From the NCBI GenBank assembly GCA_964426675.1, contig CAYRRM010000002.1:22671-86670 (forward strand): DNA of 64,000 nt. The letters are read 5' to 3'. Of this stretch, positions 1 through 8,111 are shown in pieces. The notes below the pieces were generated by a model. That model was given only the letters and a program-made list of their open reading frames with translations, was not told where the DNA came from and searched no databases. The DNA is from an uncultured Lentisphaera sp. Lineage in GTDB: Bacteria; Verrucomicrobiota; Lentisphaeria; Victivallales; GWF2-50-93. A program made the translations under genes and the position numbers. Every line of letters begins with the position of its first letter. Within the stretch, counting starts at the first letter, position 1.

Positions 1-756
1 ATTTGAATGATCTTTATATTTTATAATTAAAGTAGGATCTAATTTGAGACCAGAACTTTTTATGCCATTTTTGTAACCTTCTATTCGTGCTAACGCAGAT
101 GGAATGTGATTAAAATTCTTTGTAATATCAAAAAATGCAATACGTTGGTGTCCCATTGATACAAGTTTTTTAACGGCGGTATATATACAATACTCATGAT
201 TTACCTCAACATATGGAATATTTGCCCCATCAGACGGAGTACCGATACTAACGCAAGGAATATTCTTTCTCAAAATAGGCTCTACAAATTTTTTATCTGA
301 AAGAGAACCTGAGAGAATCACTCCACTACAACTATCTTTTTTTATACTATGTTCTACATAAGTTATAAAATCATTAGCTAAAGGAATATTTTTTAGGAAA
401 ACAGGACAGTCCTTATCAAGCAATCCTTCATGAACTCCAGACAAAATTTCAGTACCAAAGAAATCATGTATATGTGGATTTACGGTTATAACATAAACTG
501 GTTTAATTAATGGTGCTGGTACTTCTGTTTTTGACTTTATTACAACGGTTCCTTTTCCTTGAATACGTTTTAAATAACCTTTCTCAACTAAAACTGAAAT
601 AGCAGCACGAACAGTAACCCGACTTGCTCCAGTCATAGCCATTAAGTCATTTTCAGATGGAATACAAATTCCAGGAGGATATAAACCTGTTTCAATGGCA
701 TTCAAAAGCCGTAACTCTATCTGTTTTTTCTTGCTATGAACCACTTCATTAATCAT
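1..756 (-). CDS. GntR-type winged-HTH fused to a LacI/PBP1-type sugar-binding domain (AraR-like regulator); 3' end lies outside the window
   Basis: Absent from the ORF track because it runs off the left edge. My reverse-strand translation from the ATG at 756 gives MINEVVHSKKKQIELRLLNAIETGLYPPGICIPSENDLMAMTGASRVTVRAAISVLVEKGYLKRIQGKGTVV (GntR HTH), then a periplasmic-binding-protein-like segment. The frame stays open to base 1. Confidence 0.7.
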   Translation of the reverse strand, partial: MINEVVHSKKKQIELRLLNAIETGLYPPGICIPSENDLMAMTGASRVTVRAAISVLVEKGYLKRIQGKGTVVIKSKTEVPAPLIKPVYVITVNPHIHDFFGTEILSGVHEGLLDKDCPVFLKNIPLANDFITYVEHSIKKDSCSGVILSGSLSDKKFVEPILRKNIPCVSIGTPSDGANIPYVEVNHEYCIYTAVKKLVSMGHQRIAFFDITKNFNHIPSALARIEGYKNGIKSSGLKLDPTLIIKYKDHSN

Positions 757-1037
757 ATTTTATTAAAAAGTTGTATTATTTAAATATAAGATATTAATTT
801 ATCTAAAAATTTCAAATACAAAAAATATTTTTTTATATTTTTAAATGTAATTACTTTATAATTAATAAGTTATATTCTTAAAAAAAAATAAAAATATTTT
901 CTCTTTTAAAATTTGACTTTTAATTATTATAATTTATATTTATAATAAAAAAATATATATTTGTATTATTAAATTATTATCAAAATGATTGATTTTTCCA
1001 GAAAAGAAGTTAACTATTAATTAAAATGGAGAAGAAT

Positions 1038-1802
1038 ATGAAAGCTTATCTTAAAAAAGAGAAAATCATAGTTTATAAAATCTCCTTTACTTTGATAGAA
1101 TTACTTGTTGTTATCTCTATTATAGCTGTTTTATTAGCATTACTCCTTCCTTCTCTAAAAGCAGCCAAAGAGTTTGCAAAAAGTATTCAATGTAAAAATA
1201 ATCTGAGGCAAATTGGGCTTACGATGTTTAATTTTAGTTCAGAGCATGATGGTTACCTTCCGTGTACATTCACAAACGATAAGGTTTCTGATCATCAGGA
1301 TGAGTTGTTTCCTGAAGATGCTTATATGCTTCCAACTGGTAATCCACGTTGGTTTCAAAATTCTCCCAGCAATACTTATTGGGAATATTTTAAATCTTGT
1401 GCCAAATTATTATGTCCTTCAAACGCCAGACTAGATATTATTAGAACAAAAGCTTTGATAAATATTAATTCTGGTTCTGACGATGCAGTTACATATGCGG
1501 TATCTGATAGAATTTCCAGATGGCAGTGTTATGGGGCCTCTGTTCATTACAAAGCAAAACTGGATAAAATAGATCCCAAAAAATTTATGTTTACTGACAG
1601 ATCAGATTTTGCTACTACAACCGGTGGGGGACAGACAACATTTTTTTACGCTAAGTCAGTAATGACCGCAACTTTTGAACAAATAGGTTGGCCTCATAAA
1701 GGGGTAAATTCAATTCACTTTGATGGACATATTGATTTTTTTCATTTTAATCACCGCCCAATTTCTCAAAATGACCCACCATTTCAGCCATGGTTATTTT
1801 AA
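1038..1802 (+). CDS. prepilin-type N-terminal cleavage/methylation domain protein, DUF1559-like
   Basis: N-terminus [45 protein letters not shown]-terminal H-x8-DG ([12 protein letters not shown]). The track ORF starts at 1026, but the ATG at 1038 follows a GGAGAA RBS. Confidence 0.8.
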   Translation: MKAYLKKEKIIVYKISFTLIELLVVISIIAVLLALLLPSLKAAKEFAKSIQCKNNLRQIGLTMFNFSSEHDGYLPCTFTNDKVSDHQDELFPEDAYMLPTGNPRWFQNSPSNTYWEYFKSCAKLLCPSNARLDIIRTKALININSGSDDAVTYAVSDRISRWQCYGASVHYKAKLDKIDPKKFMFTDRSDFATTTGGGQTTFFYAKSVMTATFEQIGWPHKGVNSIHFDGHIDFFHFNHRPISQNDPPFQPWLF

Positions 1803-1941
1803 GAGGGGATTAATATTTTCAGGATTAATTAATACTTTCTCTTATTAGACCGTTCCAAAAAAAATCCTCGTTTTCCTATTGTTTTTAGAAGGGATTACTG
1901 TATAATTATGTATAATATAGACTACAAAAATCTCTTTTTAT

Positions 1942-2721
1942 ATGAAAATTAAAGGTTTGTTTACATTGATAGAACTTTTAGTTGTAATTGCAATAATAGC
2001 AATCCTGGCCTCTCTTCTTCTTCCAGCCTTACAAAGAGCTAAAGAAAGTGCGCGAACTATTGCATGTGTTGAAAATATGAAACAGATTGGTTATGCACAT
2101 AATTGTTATATAAGCGATTTCAATGAGTATATTACTCCTTCGTATATGACTGATAATGGACAGAAACCATCATATAACTATCCTGCGTTTTGGAGTCCAT
2201 GCTGGAGTTCATACGTTTTCTTGGGACAATATCTTTATACTGTAAAAGACCCTACGAACTATCTTAACTGTCCAAATGGTTATGGGTGGTGGGTTTTTAT
2301 CGACCCTAAATTTAATTGCCCTACAGGTCAACCTTTTTATGCTCCTTTAGGTTGGGATCATCTTGCTCAGATAAGATATGGGATGCGTACAGATATAGGA
2401 TGGATTGGCAGTATTGCGGATTGGAATACTAAGATGGTTCATATTTCAAGGATTCAAAGCGCATCGCGAGAACCTCTGATATTTGATTGTATTATCGAAA
2501 GATTCTGTCCAGGTTATTCTTGTGAATTCTATGGCACAAAAGATGGAACAGCAGATAATTGGGGCGCTGGAAATCCTACGTCTATGTACAATTGGGCAAG
2601 GAGGCATGGTGGAGGAAAGAATTCGGGTAATATTTTATTTATTGATGGTCATGTTTTAACTTCTTCTAATGTAAGAAATATGTATTTATCAGGAGATATT
2701 CTCTGGAAATGGTATCCATAA
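1942..2721 (+). CDS. prepilin-type N-terminal cleavage/methylation domain protein, DUF1559-like
   Basis: [46 protein letters not shown] at the N-terminus; C-terminal [10 protein letters not shown]. Confidence 0.85.
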   Translation: MKIKGLFTLIELLVVIAIIAILASLLLPALQRAKESARTIACVENMKQIGYAHNCYISDFNEYITPSYMTDNGQKPSYNYPAFWSPCWSSYVFLGQYLYTVKDPTNYLNCPNGYGWWVFIDPKFNCPTGQPFYAPLGWDHLAQIRYGMRTDIGWIGSIADWNTKMVHISRIQSASREPLIFDCIIERFCPGYSCEFYGTKDGTADNWGAGNPTSMYNWARRHGGGKNSGNILFIDGHVLTSSNVRNMYLSGDILWKWYP

Positions 2722-2904
2722 AATTCCCATTTAGTCTTTTTATAGAGGAATGTCAATCAATATCTTTTTTTTATTATCTATATGTGACATATCAATTCCT
2801 GAAAGAGTCCTATTGTAGGGTCTGCTGAAAAAAGATTTTTGAGTTTTGGGCAAAAAGTTTTTTGCGCATACTTCTATATTTTATGAAAAATTTATCTTCA
2901 TTCC

Positions 2905-3174
2905 CTATGCGTCTAAGCCTTCGGCTTGGATCATGCTCTGACGATTGCGGTTGGTTTTCAGGTTCATTCCGAGAAGCCCCAGCTGCGTATCCAGCGCAGG
3001 ACGCCCAAGCCTGGAAAGCTTCGAGGCGTATTCACGCCCCTCCTCCCACGGAACCATGCCGGACATCTTCATCCACCTGTTATCCGGATCCAAGCCGCCA
3101 CCAAAAGGAAAAATATTCTGGAACAGCTCTCCGGTATACCTATTCTTTTTTCTGTATATCTGAATGTCCTCCAA
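2905..3174 (-). pseudogene. truncated N-terminal fragment of an IS5/IS1182-type transposase (DUF772-like region)
   Basis: The 89-aa ORF ...LFQNIFPFGGGLDPDNRWMKMSGMVPWEEGREYASKLSRLGRPALDTQLGLLGM resembles, from memory, the N-terminal DUF772 region of IS5-family transposases. No DDE domain follows. The patch is visibly GC-rich, and shadow ORFs occur in several frames. Confidence 0.5.
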
Positions 3175-3462
3175 TTTGACGGCTCAAGTGGGAGGTTTTT
3201 GAAGTGACATCTTGATATTCCTTGCAATTTAAACCATTTTTTGATAACATTATACTATATAAATATTTACTTATCAAGTTATTATATAATATTTTTTGAA
3301 TTTTTCAGTAAAGCCTAAATAGTTTTCTGTTTAATATTCAATTTTTTAGGCGGATTTTTTTTTGAAAACCAAGTAGAAAGAGTCTTTTTTAAGGGCTGGC
3401 AATGGAGCTAAGCGGAATTACCGTCCGTGTGCAGCGCCTTGTTAGGCATTTTTGCTTCGCTT

Positions 3463-3792
3463 TCATCCAAACGCAAACCCAAGTATCATGAGAAAGATCG
3501 TGCCCACAAGAGATACAACTGATAACACAGTGCCCAAGATAGCAAAAATCTTATTTCTATCTTTCTGCAAGAGCCCACCAATACCCAAACCAAGGGCGAG
3601 AAGGTCACCCGAAAGGAAGGCAAAAAGAAAAAGGCCAAGCATAACCGCGCCAGCAGACTCTTCATCAATACCTCCTGGAATAGATGCTTCCATAACTGCG
3701 CCGATTACGATAATCAGGAAAATGAAGGTTCCTGAGACGATGCTTATGATGAATGATGCAATTCCAAGCCCTGAGTGTTTTTGCTCTTGCAT
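3463..3792 (-). CDS. hypothetical small membrane protein
   Basis: 109 aa with about 3 hydrophobic helices (GIASFIISIVSGTFIFLIIVIGAV..., LGLFLFAFLSGDLLALGLGIGGLL...). The opposite-strand ORF is low-complexity. Lies in the GC-rich patch. Confidence 0.55.
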   Translation of the reverse strand: MQEQKHSGLGIASFIISIVSGTFIFLIIVIGAVMEASIPGGIDEESAGAVMLGLFLFAFLSGDLLALGLGIGGLLQKDRNKIFAILGTVLSVVSLVGTIFLMILGFAFG

Positions 3793-3828
3793 ATGTTAGT
3801 CCTTATTTTTTGATGCCTAACGTGGGCA

Positions 3829-4344
3829 TCAGCGGCGCGGTCCTTCCGCGTCCGCTGGAGTGCTTTGTTGGGCAATGGGATCTGACCATTTTCTTCTGCT
3901 TAAAATTCCAAATGGCGTAAACATTGGCCAGATCCACAATAGATTCCACCAATTCAATCCGATAGTGCTTAGACCGCCGTATGACCATATGGCCCAAGCT
4001 ACAGATAGGAAAAATATCCCATATGGCGCGAGCATTAGCTTCCAATAATGCGTTGAAGCAAAACGCCATGGTGAGAAAAAAAGAATTGTGAAAACAGAGA
4101 CGCCAACCAGAGCTATACCCAATACCCCCTGCTCTATTTTTTCTTGGAAAAGAAAGACAATGGAGAGTACGAGAACCCAGATAAAACCACCGAGCCAACC
4201 CGCCGTCCAACCGATTTTTTCACCTATTCTGTCTTTCACTGTTTCACCTCTTGATAAGAGCCCAACGTTCCGCATAACCGGCTGGCAATTGACAGCAGCG
4301 GAATTGCCAGTCCGAGTTGACGCGGTTGTTAGGTTTCCATTCAT
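3829..4344 (-). CDS. hypothetical membrane protein
   Basis: 171 aa with about 4 TM helices (WLGGFIWVLVLSIVFLF, GIALVGVSVFTILFF, LAPYGIFFLSVAWAIW). ATGA start/stop overlap with the upstream gene at 4341-4344. Confidence 0.55.
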   Translation of the reverse strand: MNGNLTTASTRTGNSAAVNCQPVMRNVGLLSRGETVKDRIGEKIGWTAGWLGGFIWVLVLSIVFLFQEKIEQGVLGIALVGVSVFTILFFSPWRFASTHYWKLMLAPYGIFFLSVAWAIWSYGGLSTIGLNWWNLLWIWPMFTPFGILSRRKWSDPIAQQSTPADAEGPRR

Positions 4345-4907
4345 ATTTCAAGCACATCAGGTGTTCGGCTACGGATGCTTTGAATGAAATAATTGAGTGT
4401 TTCTGGCCACAGAAGCGCTGCATTGGTTGGGCTCGCAGGGGGCGGTGCCCAGCTACCCGTAATCTTTCCTGCTTTGATCGAACCGTCAAGATACAGGAAC
4501 TCGTAAATTGGACCATCAACGTCGTTATCCATGCGTTGAAAGTCATTGCGATTTACCAGCAAGGGATCTTCGTCTATGAAAAGGCCGTTGAGGCGCAATA
4601 AGATCGGGGTCCAGCCGTTATCAGAATAACCCCAGACATCCATAACCTCATATAAAGACAAGTTTGTCTTGTTCTGTTTTGGCTTCAGATCGATCAGAAG
4701 GGTGCTGTCCAAGTAATCAGGATGTCTGCCCAATTCGCTAACTATATCGACATGCCATTTACAAGGTTCTCCTTGATCGGGCGGCAGCTTAAGGCCTAAC
4801 AGCCAGGGAATAAATCCATTATTAGATCCGAAAAGAGAGACTTGTTCTTTGAACTCATATCGATTTGCGTTTGTTGCGAGGCGAGTTCTTTTGTATAGGG
4901 CATACAT
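4341..4907 (-). CDS. hypothetical protein
   Basis: 188-aa ORF, first gene of the GC-rich three-gene minus-strand unit. I recognise no family. Confidence 0.5.
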   Translation of the reverse strand: MYALYKRTRLATNANRYEFKEQVSLFGSNNGFIPWLLGLKLPPDQGEPCKWHVDIVSELGRHPDYLDSTLLIDLKPKQNKTNLSLYEVMDVWGYSDNGWTPILLRLNGLFIDEDPLLVNRNDFQRMDNDVDGPIYEFLYLDGSIKAGKITGSWAPPPASPTNAALLWPETLNYFIQSIRSRTPDVLEI

Positions 4908-4958
4908 AACATCCTCCTAATGTTAATAGTTGGAAATCCTTTTCCTAGATTAGTATAT

Positions 4959-4971
4959 TGCGATATTCGCA
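4959..4971. repeat. iterated palindrome copy TGCGATATTCGCA (intergenic)
   Basis: Read directly: ttgcgatattcgcaa. Confidence 0.9.
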
Positions 4972-5103
4972 AAAGTCGAGCTTAAAATCTTTTGAACTGG
5001 CAATATTCTATTTGCTGAAAGGGTATAATTCAGTTTTATATTGGAATTACCATGTATATATGGAATTTTCAGATAAAGGAATTGGGCTTATTGATAGTAT
5101 TTC

Positions 5104-5595
5104 TTAATTATTTATTTGAGGTTTACTTATTGCTGCTCTACCGGTACGACTCATTTCTATTATTCCAAAAGGTCTTACAAGTTCAATAAAGTCTGAAATC
5201 TTTTCATCCCTTCCAGATAGTTCTATTCCAATTTCATCAATTCCAACACACACAATTTTCCCCTCAAATATTTCAACCAATTCTATAATCTGCGACCGCG
5301 TCTCAGCTGTAGTTTTAACTTTCATAAGTAAGAGTTCTCGTTCTATAAAATTTCCAGGACTGGTGAAGTCAATAACTTTTATGACATCTATCAGTTTGCT
5401 AACCTGTTTATCTATCTGCTCTATGATCCTATCATCGCCTGATGTTACAATAGTCATCCTCGATATTTTCGGATTTTCCGTTGTATTCACTGATAATGAT
5501 TCTATATTGTAACCTCTACCGCTAAAAAGTCCTGCAACTCTGGCAAGAACACCAAATTTATTTTCAACGAGAACTGATATGGTATGTTTTTTCAT
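5104..5595 (-). CDS. ilvN: acetolactate synthase small (regulatory) subunit
   Basis: MKKHTISVLVENKFGVLARVAGLFSGRGYNIESLSV...MTIV is the typical ACT-domain IlvN/IlvH N-terminus. 163 aa. Confidence 0.85.
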   Translation of the reverse strand: MKKHTISVLVENKFGVLARVAGLFSGRGYNIESLSVNTTENPKISRMTIVTSGDDRIIEQIDKQVSKLIDVIKVIDFTSPGNFIERELLLMKVKTTAETRSQIIELVEIFEGKIVCVGIDEIGIELSGRDEKISDFIELVRPFGIIEMSRTGRAAISKPQINN

Positions 5596-5628
5596 TTTTC
5601 TCCTTTTTCTCCCTTTTTTTATTTCATT

Positions 5629-6027
5629 CTATTCTGCTTGAGTGACAAGTGAAACTTCTTTTATTCCAGCTTCTTTTGCTACTTTCATAATTTCCATTAC
5701 TTCTTTATATTGCCTACTTCCATCTGCTCGAATCAATAGTGATAATTTATTGTTAAGAGTACGCGCTTTTATTAGCTCTTCTTTTAATTCGGAAATTATA
5801 CATTTTTTTTTATCAAACTGAATTATACCATTTTTATCGAGATTTATCACTTTAAAATTTTCATCAGGTAATTTTTCAGCGTTCATTTCTGGTGGGGTTA
5901 CATTAACGCCATACTCCATCAATGGGACTGTTATCATAAAGGTTATAAGAAGCAAAAAGGTAAGGTCTATAAGGGGCGTCATGTTAATATCATCTATAAG
6001 CCTTAATTGAGACCTTTGCCGTGGCAT
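5629..6027 (-). CDS. exbD: ExbD/TolR family biopolymer transport protein
   Basis: INMTPLIDLTFLLLITFMI TM motif, 132 aa, 2 nt downstream of the ExbB-like gene. Confidence 0.85.
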   Translation of the reverse strand: MPRQRSQLRLIDDINMTPLIDLTFLLLITFMITVPLMEYGVNVTPPEMNAEKLPDENFKVINLDKNGIIQFDKKKCIISELKEELIKARTLNNKLSLLIRADGSRQYKEVMEIMKVAKEAGIKEVSLVTQAE

Positions 6028-6029
6028 AA

Positions 6030-6755
6030 CTATTCTCCAAGTTGTTCTAATTTAACTTTCGCCATAAATTCCTCTACAAAGTTATCCATTGTAACAATCA
6101 TTTGCCTTATAGTATTTGATAGTAAATTATATCCTATTAATGAGGGAATAGCAACTACTAATCCGACTACAGTTGTGAGTAAAGCTCCACTTATACCTGG
6201 AGCCATTGCGTTGATTTCTGCCTTGCCATGTATTGCCATTGCACAAAAGGCCATCATAATCCCCCATACAGTTCCAAACAAACCTAAAAGAGGACTTACA
6301 CTTACTGCTGTTGAAAGAAAACCCATCTTGTCTTCAAGACGCACTATCTGATCTGCTACAGCTCTATCAAGAGTACTTCTTAAAGTTTCTATTTGTGCAG
6401 TAGAGAGTTTTTTTATTGGAATTTGTGTGCCATATTGTTCTGCAAACTCCAGCGGAATGCCGTAAAAAGCTAACAATTCATCTGCTCCAGCTTGATAAAC
6501 CCTTGCAACGGGCCCCTTAATTTCCATGCTCTTTCTGTATAGAGATAAAGGAAACTTTTTCTCTCTAAAAAGCCACGAAAATAAAAGAGAATTCCTTTTT
6601 GCCCTGTAAAGCAATATACCCTTGTCAATCATTATAGTCCAGGTAAAAATTGAAAATAGAATAAGTATCAACACTATCGCTTTTCCAACAGTATCTGACT
6701 GTTGATATGGATAATAAGGGCTAACATAAATAGCTGGTATCATGAGTAATTTCAT
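6030..6755 (-). CDS. exbB: MotA/TolQ/ExbB proton-channel family protein
   Basis: C-terminal LGLFGTVWGIMMAF...ISGALLTTVVGLVVAIP signature, 241 aa. Confidence 0.85.
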   Translation of the reverse strand: MKLLMIPAIYVSPYYPYQQSDTVGKAIVLILILFSIFTWTIMIDKGILLYRAKRNSLLFSWLFREKKFPLSLYRKSMEIKGPVARVYQAGADELLAFYGIPLEFAEQYGTQIPIKKLSTAQIETLRSTLDRAVADQIVRLEDKMGFLSTAVSVSPLLGLFGTVWGIMMAFCAMAIHGKAEINAMAPGISGALLTTVVGLVVAIPSLIGYNLLSNTIRQMIVTMDNFVEEFMAKVKLEQLGE

Positions 6756-6844
6756 TTTTGAAAGAATATCTCCAGTTTTTTTACGAATATTAACTTGAAA
6801 GAAAATAAATCAAGTATGAAATTTGTAATTTTAACACATTTGAA

Positions 6845-7582
6845 CTATTTTTTTCTTATATATACAGTTACTTTTGTGCCCACTCTTGGAACTCTCTCCG
6901 AAAAAATTTCAAGTACAGAATCATCAGTTGCATCATCGGAAGGATTATCTATAATCGTATTACCAAATGTCCATGTATTTGCTATATTTCCTTCTTCTTT
7001 TGCAAGACAAGTTCCATCATGAGTGAAATTTGAACCCACAAAAACCCAATCACTGAGTTGTCTTTCCTTTCCCGTCTTAATTTCTCGAATCCATTTTTCT
7101 ACTGGAATCCTCTTCCCCCCTTCAGGTTCAACTTCTATTTTTAGCAAGGTTCCTTGTTGTATATGGCCTCCAGGAGTTCTGAGACCATTTTCAGCCCCAA
7201 TAAGCAAGAGCGCTATTTGCAAATCGAGTGGTTCTAAATTTGTAATCAATAAACTTTCATGGGCTCTACCACCCGGTATACAAATTAGAACTTCAATTTC
7301 TCCTGCTTTCAAATTTACCTCAGCAGGGAATGAAATTTCCATTTTTTTTCGATCTATTTTTGCTAAACCTATTTTTATATTGCCATCTTCTAAGACTTCA
7401 CCCCCTAATTTTTTCAACAAATTTATTTCCTGTTCAGACAGAGGAGGAAGTTCTGCCTCTTTTTTTTCGTTTATGTTAGTATTTTCTTCAGAGTGAATTG
7501 ACTTACATCCACTGAACAAAATAGTTGATGCAAAAACTGCAAAAATAAAAAAATTTATAGAATTTTTACAAAATTTTTCCAT
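6845..7582 (-). CDS. hypothetical lipoprotein (possibly YdjY-domain-like)
   Basis: Signal peptide with lipobox FASTILFSGC. The family assignment is from memory only. Confidence 0.5.
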   Translation of the reverse strand: MEKFCKNSINFFIFAVFASTILFSGCKSIHSEENTNINEKKEAELPPLSEQEINLLKKLGGEVLEDGNIKIGLAKIDRKKMEISFPAEVNLKAGEIEVLICIPGGRAHESLLITNLEPLDLQIALLLIGAENGLRTPGGHIQQGTLLKIEVEPEGGKRIPVEKWIREIKTGKERQLSDWVFVGSNFTHDGTCLAKEEGNIANTWTFGNTIIDNPSDDATDDSVLEIFSERVPRVGTKVTVYIRKK

Positions 7583-7813
7583 ATATTTGAAATTAAAAAT
7601 TTTATCAATATACAGCGTGTATAACTTTTATCAAAATCCAGTTTTTTTCTGAAAAATTTATTGTATTGTAAACCATAACTTCTAAAAAGCAATGCACTAA
7701 GTCATCATCTTTCCGATTTAACCTGTTTTTTCATAAAAAAATCTGAAAAGCACTAAAAAACACTGATATCTTTTTTAGAGGATGATTTTTTATACGCAAT
7801 TTGTGACATTTCA

Positions 7814-7878
7814 TTTTTTCACATTTTCCCTATGGGAAAAGTATTGTGTCCCAGCTTCGTTATCAACTTGCAGTAGTT
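7814..7878 (+). other. conserved non-coding element, copy A (partner at 27545-27611)
   Basis: ttttttcacatttt...attgtgtcccagcttcgttatcaacttgcagtagtt. The 36-nt core matches copy B at 30 of 36 positions by my hand alignment. Confidence 0.6.
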
Positions 7879-8111
7879 ACTCCTATCGCATCTCAGTCCC
7901 TCACTGCTATGATATCCTGGCTTCCTAAAATATATTGAATAGCTTAACATCTTCATATCCTACAAGGTTATTACATAATACATTCTCTCTAAGAAATACA
8001 TAGAAGCTCAGGAAATATTAGACTGTTCCAAAAAGAAAAAAATAAAAAATTGATTTATTTTGATAATCTACAGTTATATTATTTTTGTAACATTAAATGA
8101 GGGAGATCTCT

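Noticed and set aside
2862-3207. Three overlapping plus-strand ORFs in the GC-rich patch
   Set aside because: They overlap each other and the transposase-like fragment on the other strand. The translations are Pro/Arg/Ser-rich, consistent with frame shadows in GC-rich DNA.
3452-3799. 115-aa plus-strand ORF opposite the small membrane protein
   Set aside because: The translation is low-complexity and basic/Pro-rich. The minus-strand reading gives clean TM helices.
7843-7878. Conserved element as a sigma54 or sigma70 promoter
   Set aside because: The TTGCA could be a -12 box, but no TGGCAC lies at the required distance. No -35/-10 pair has 16-18 nt spacing in both copies.
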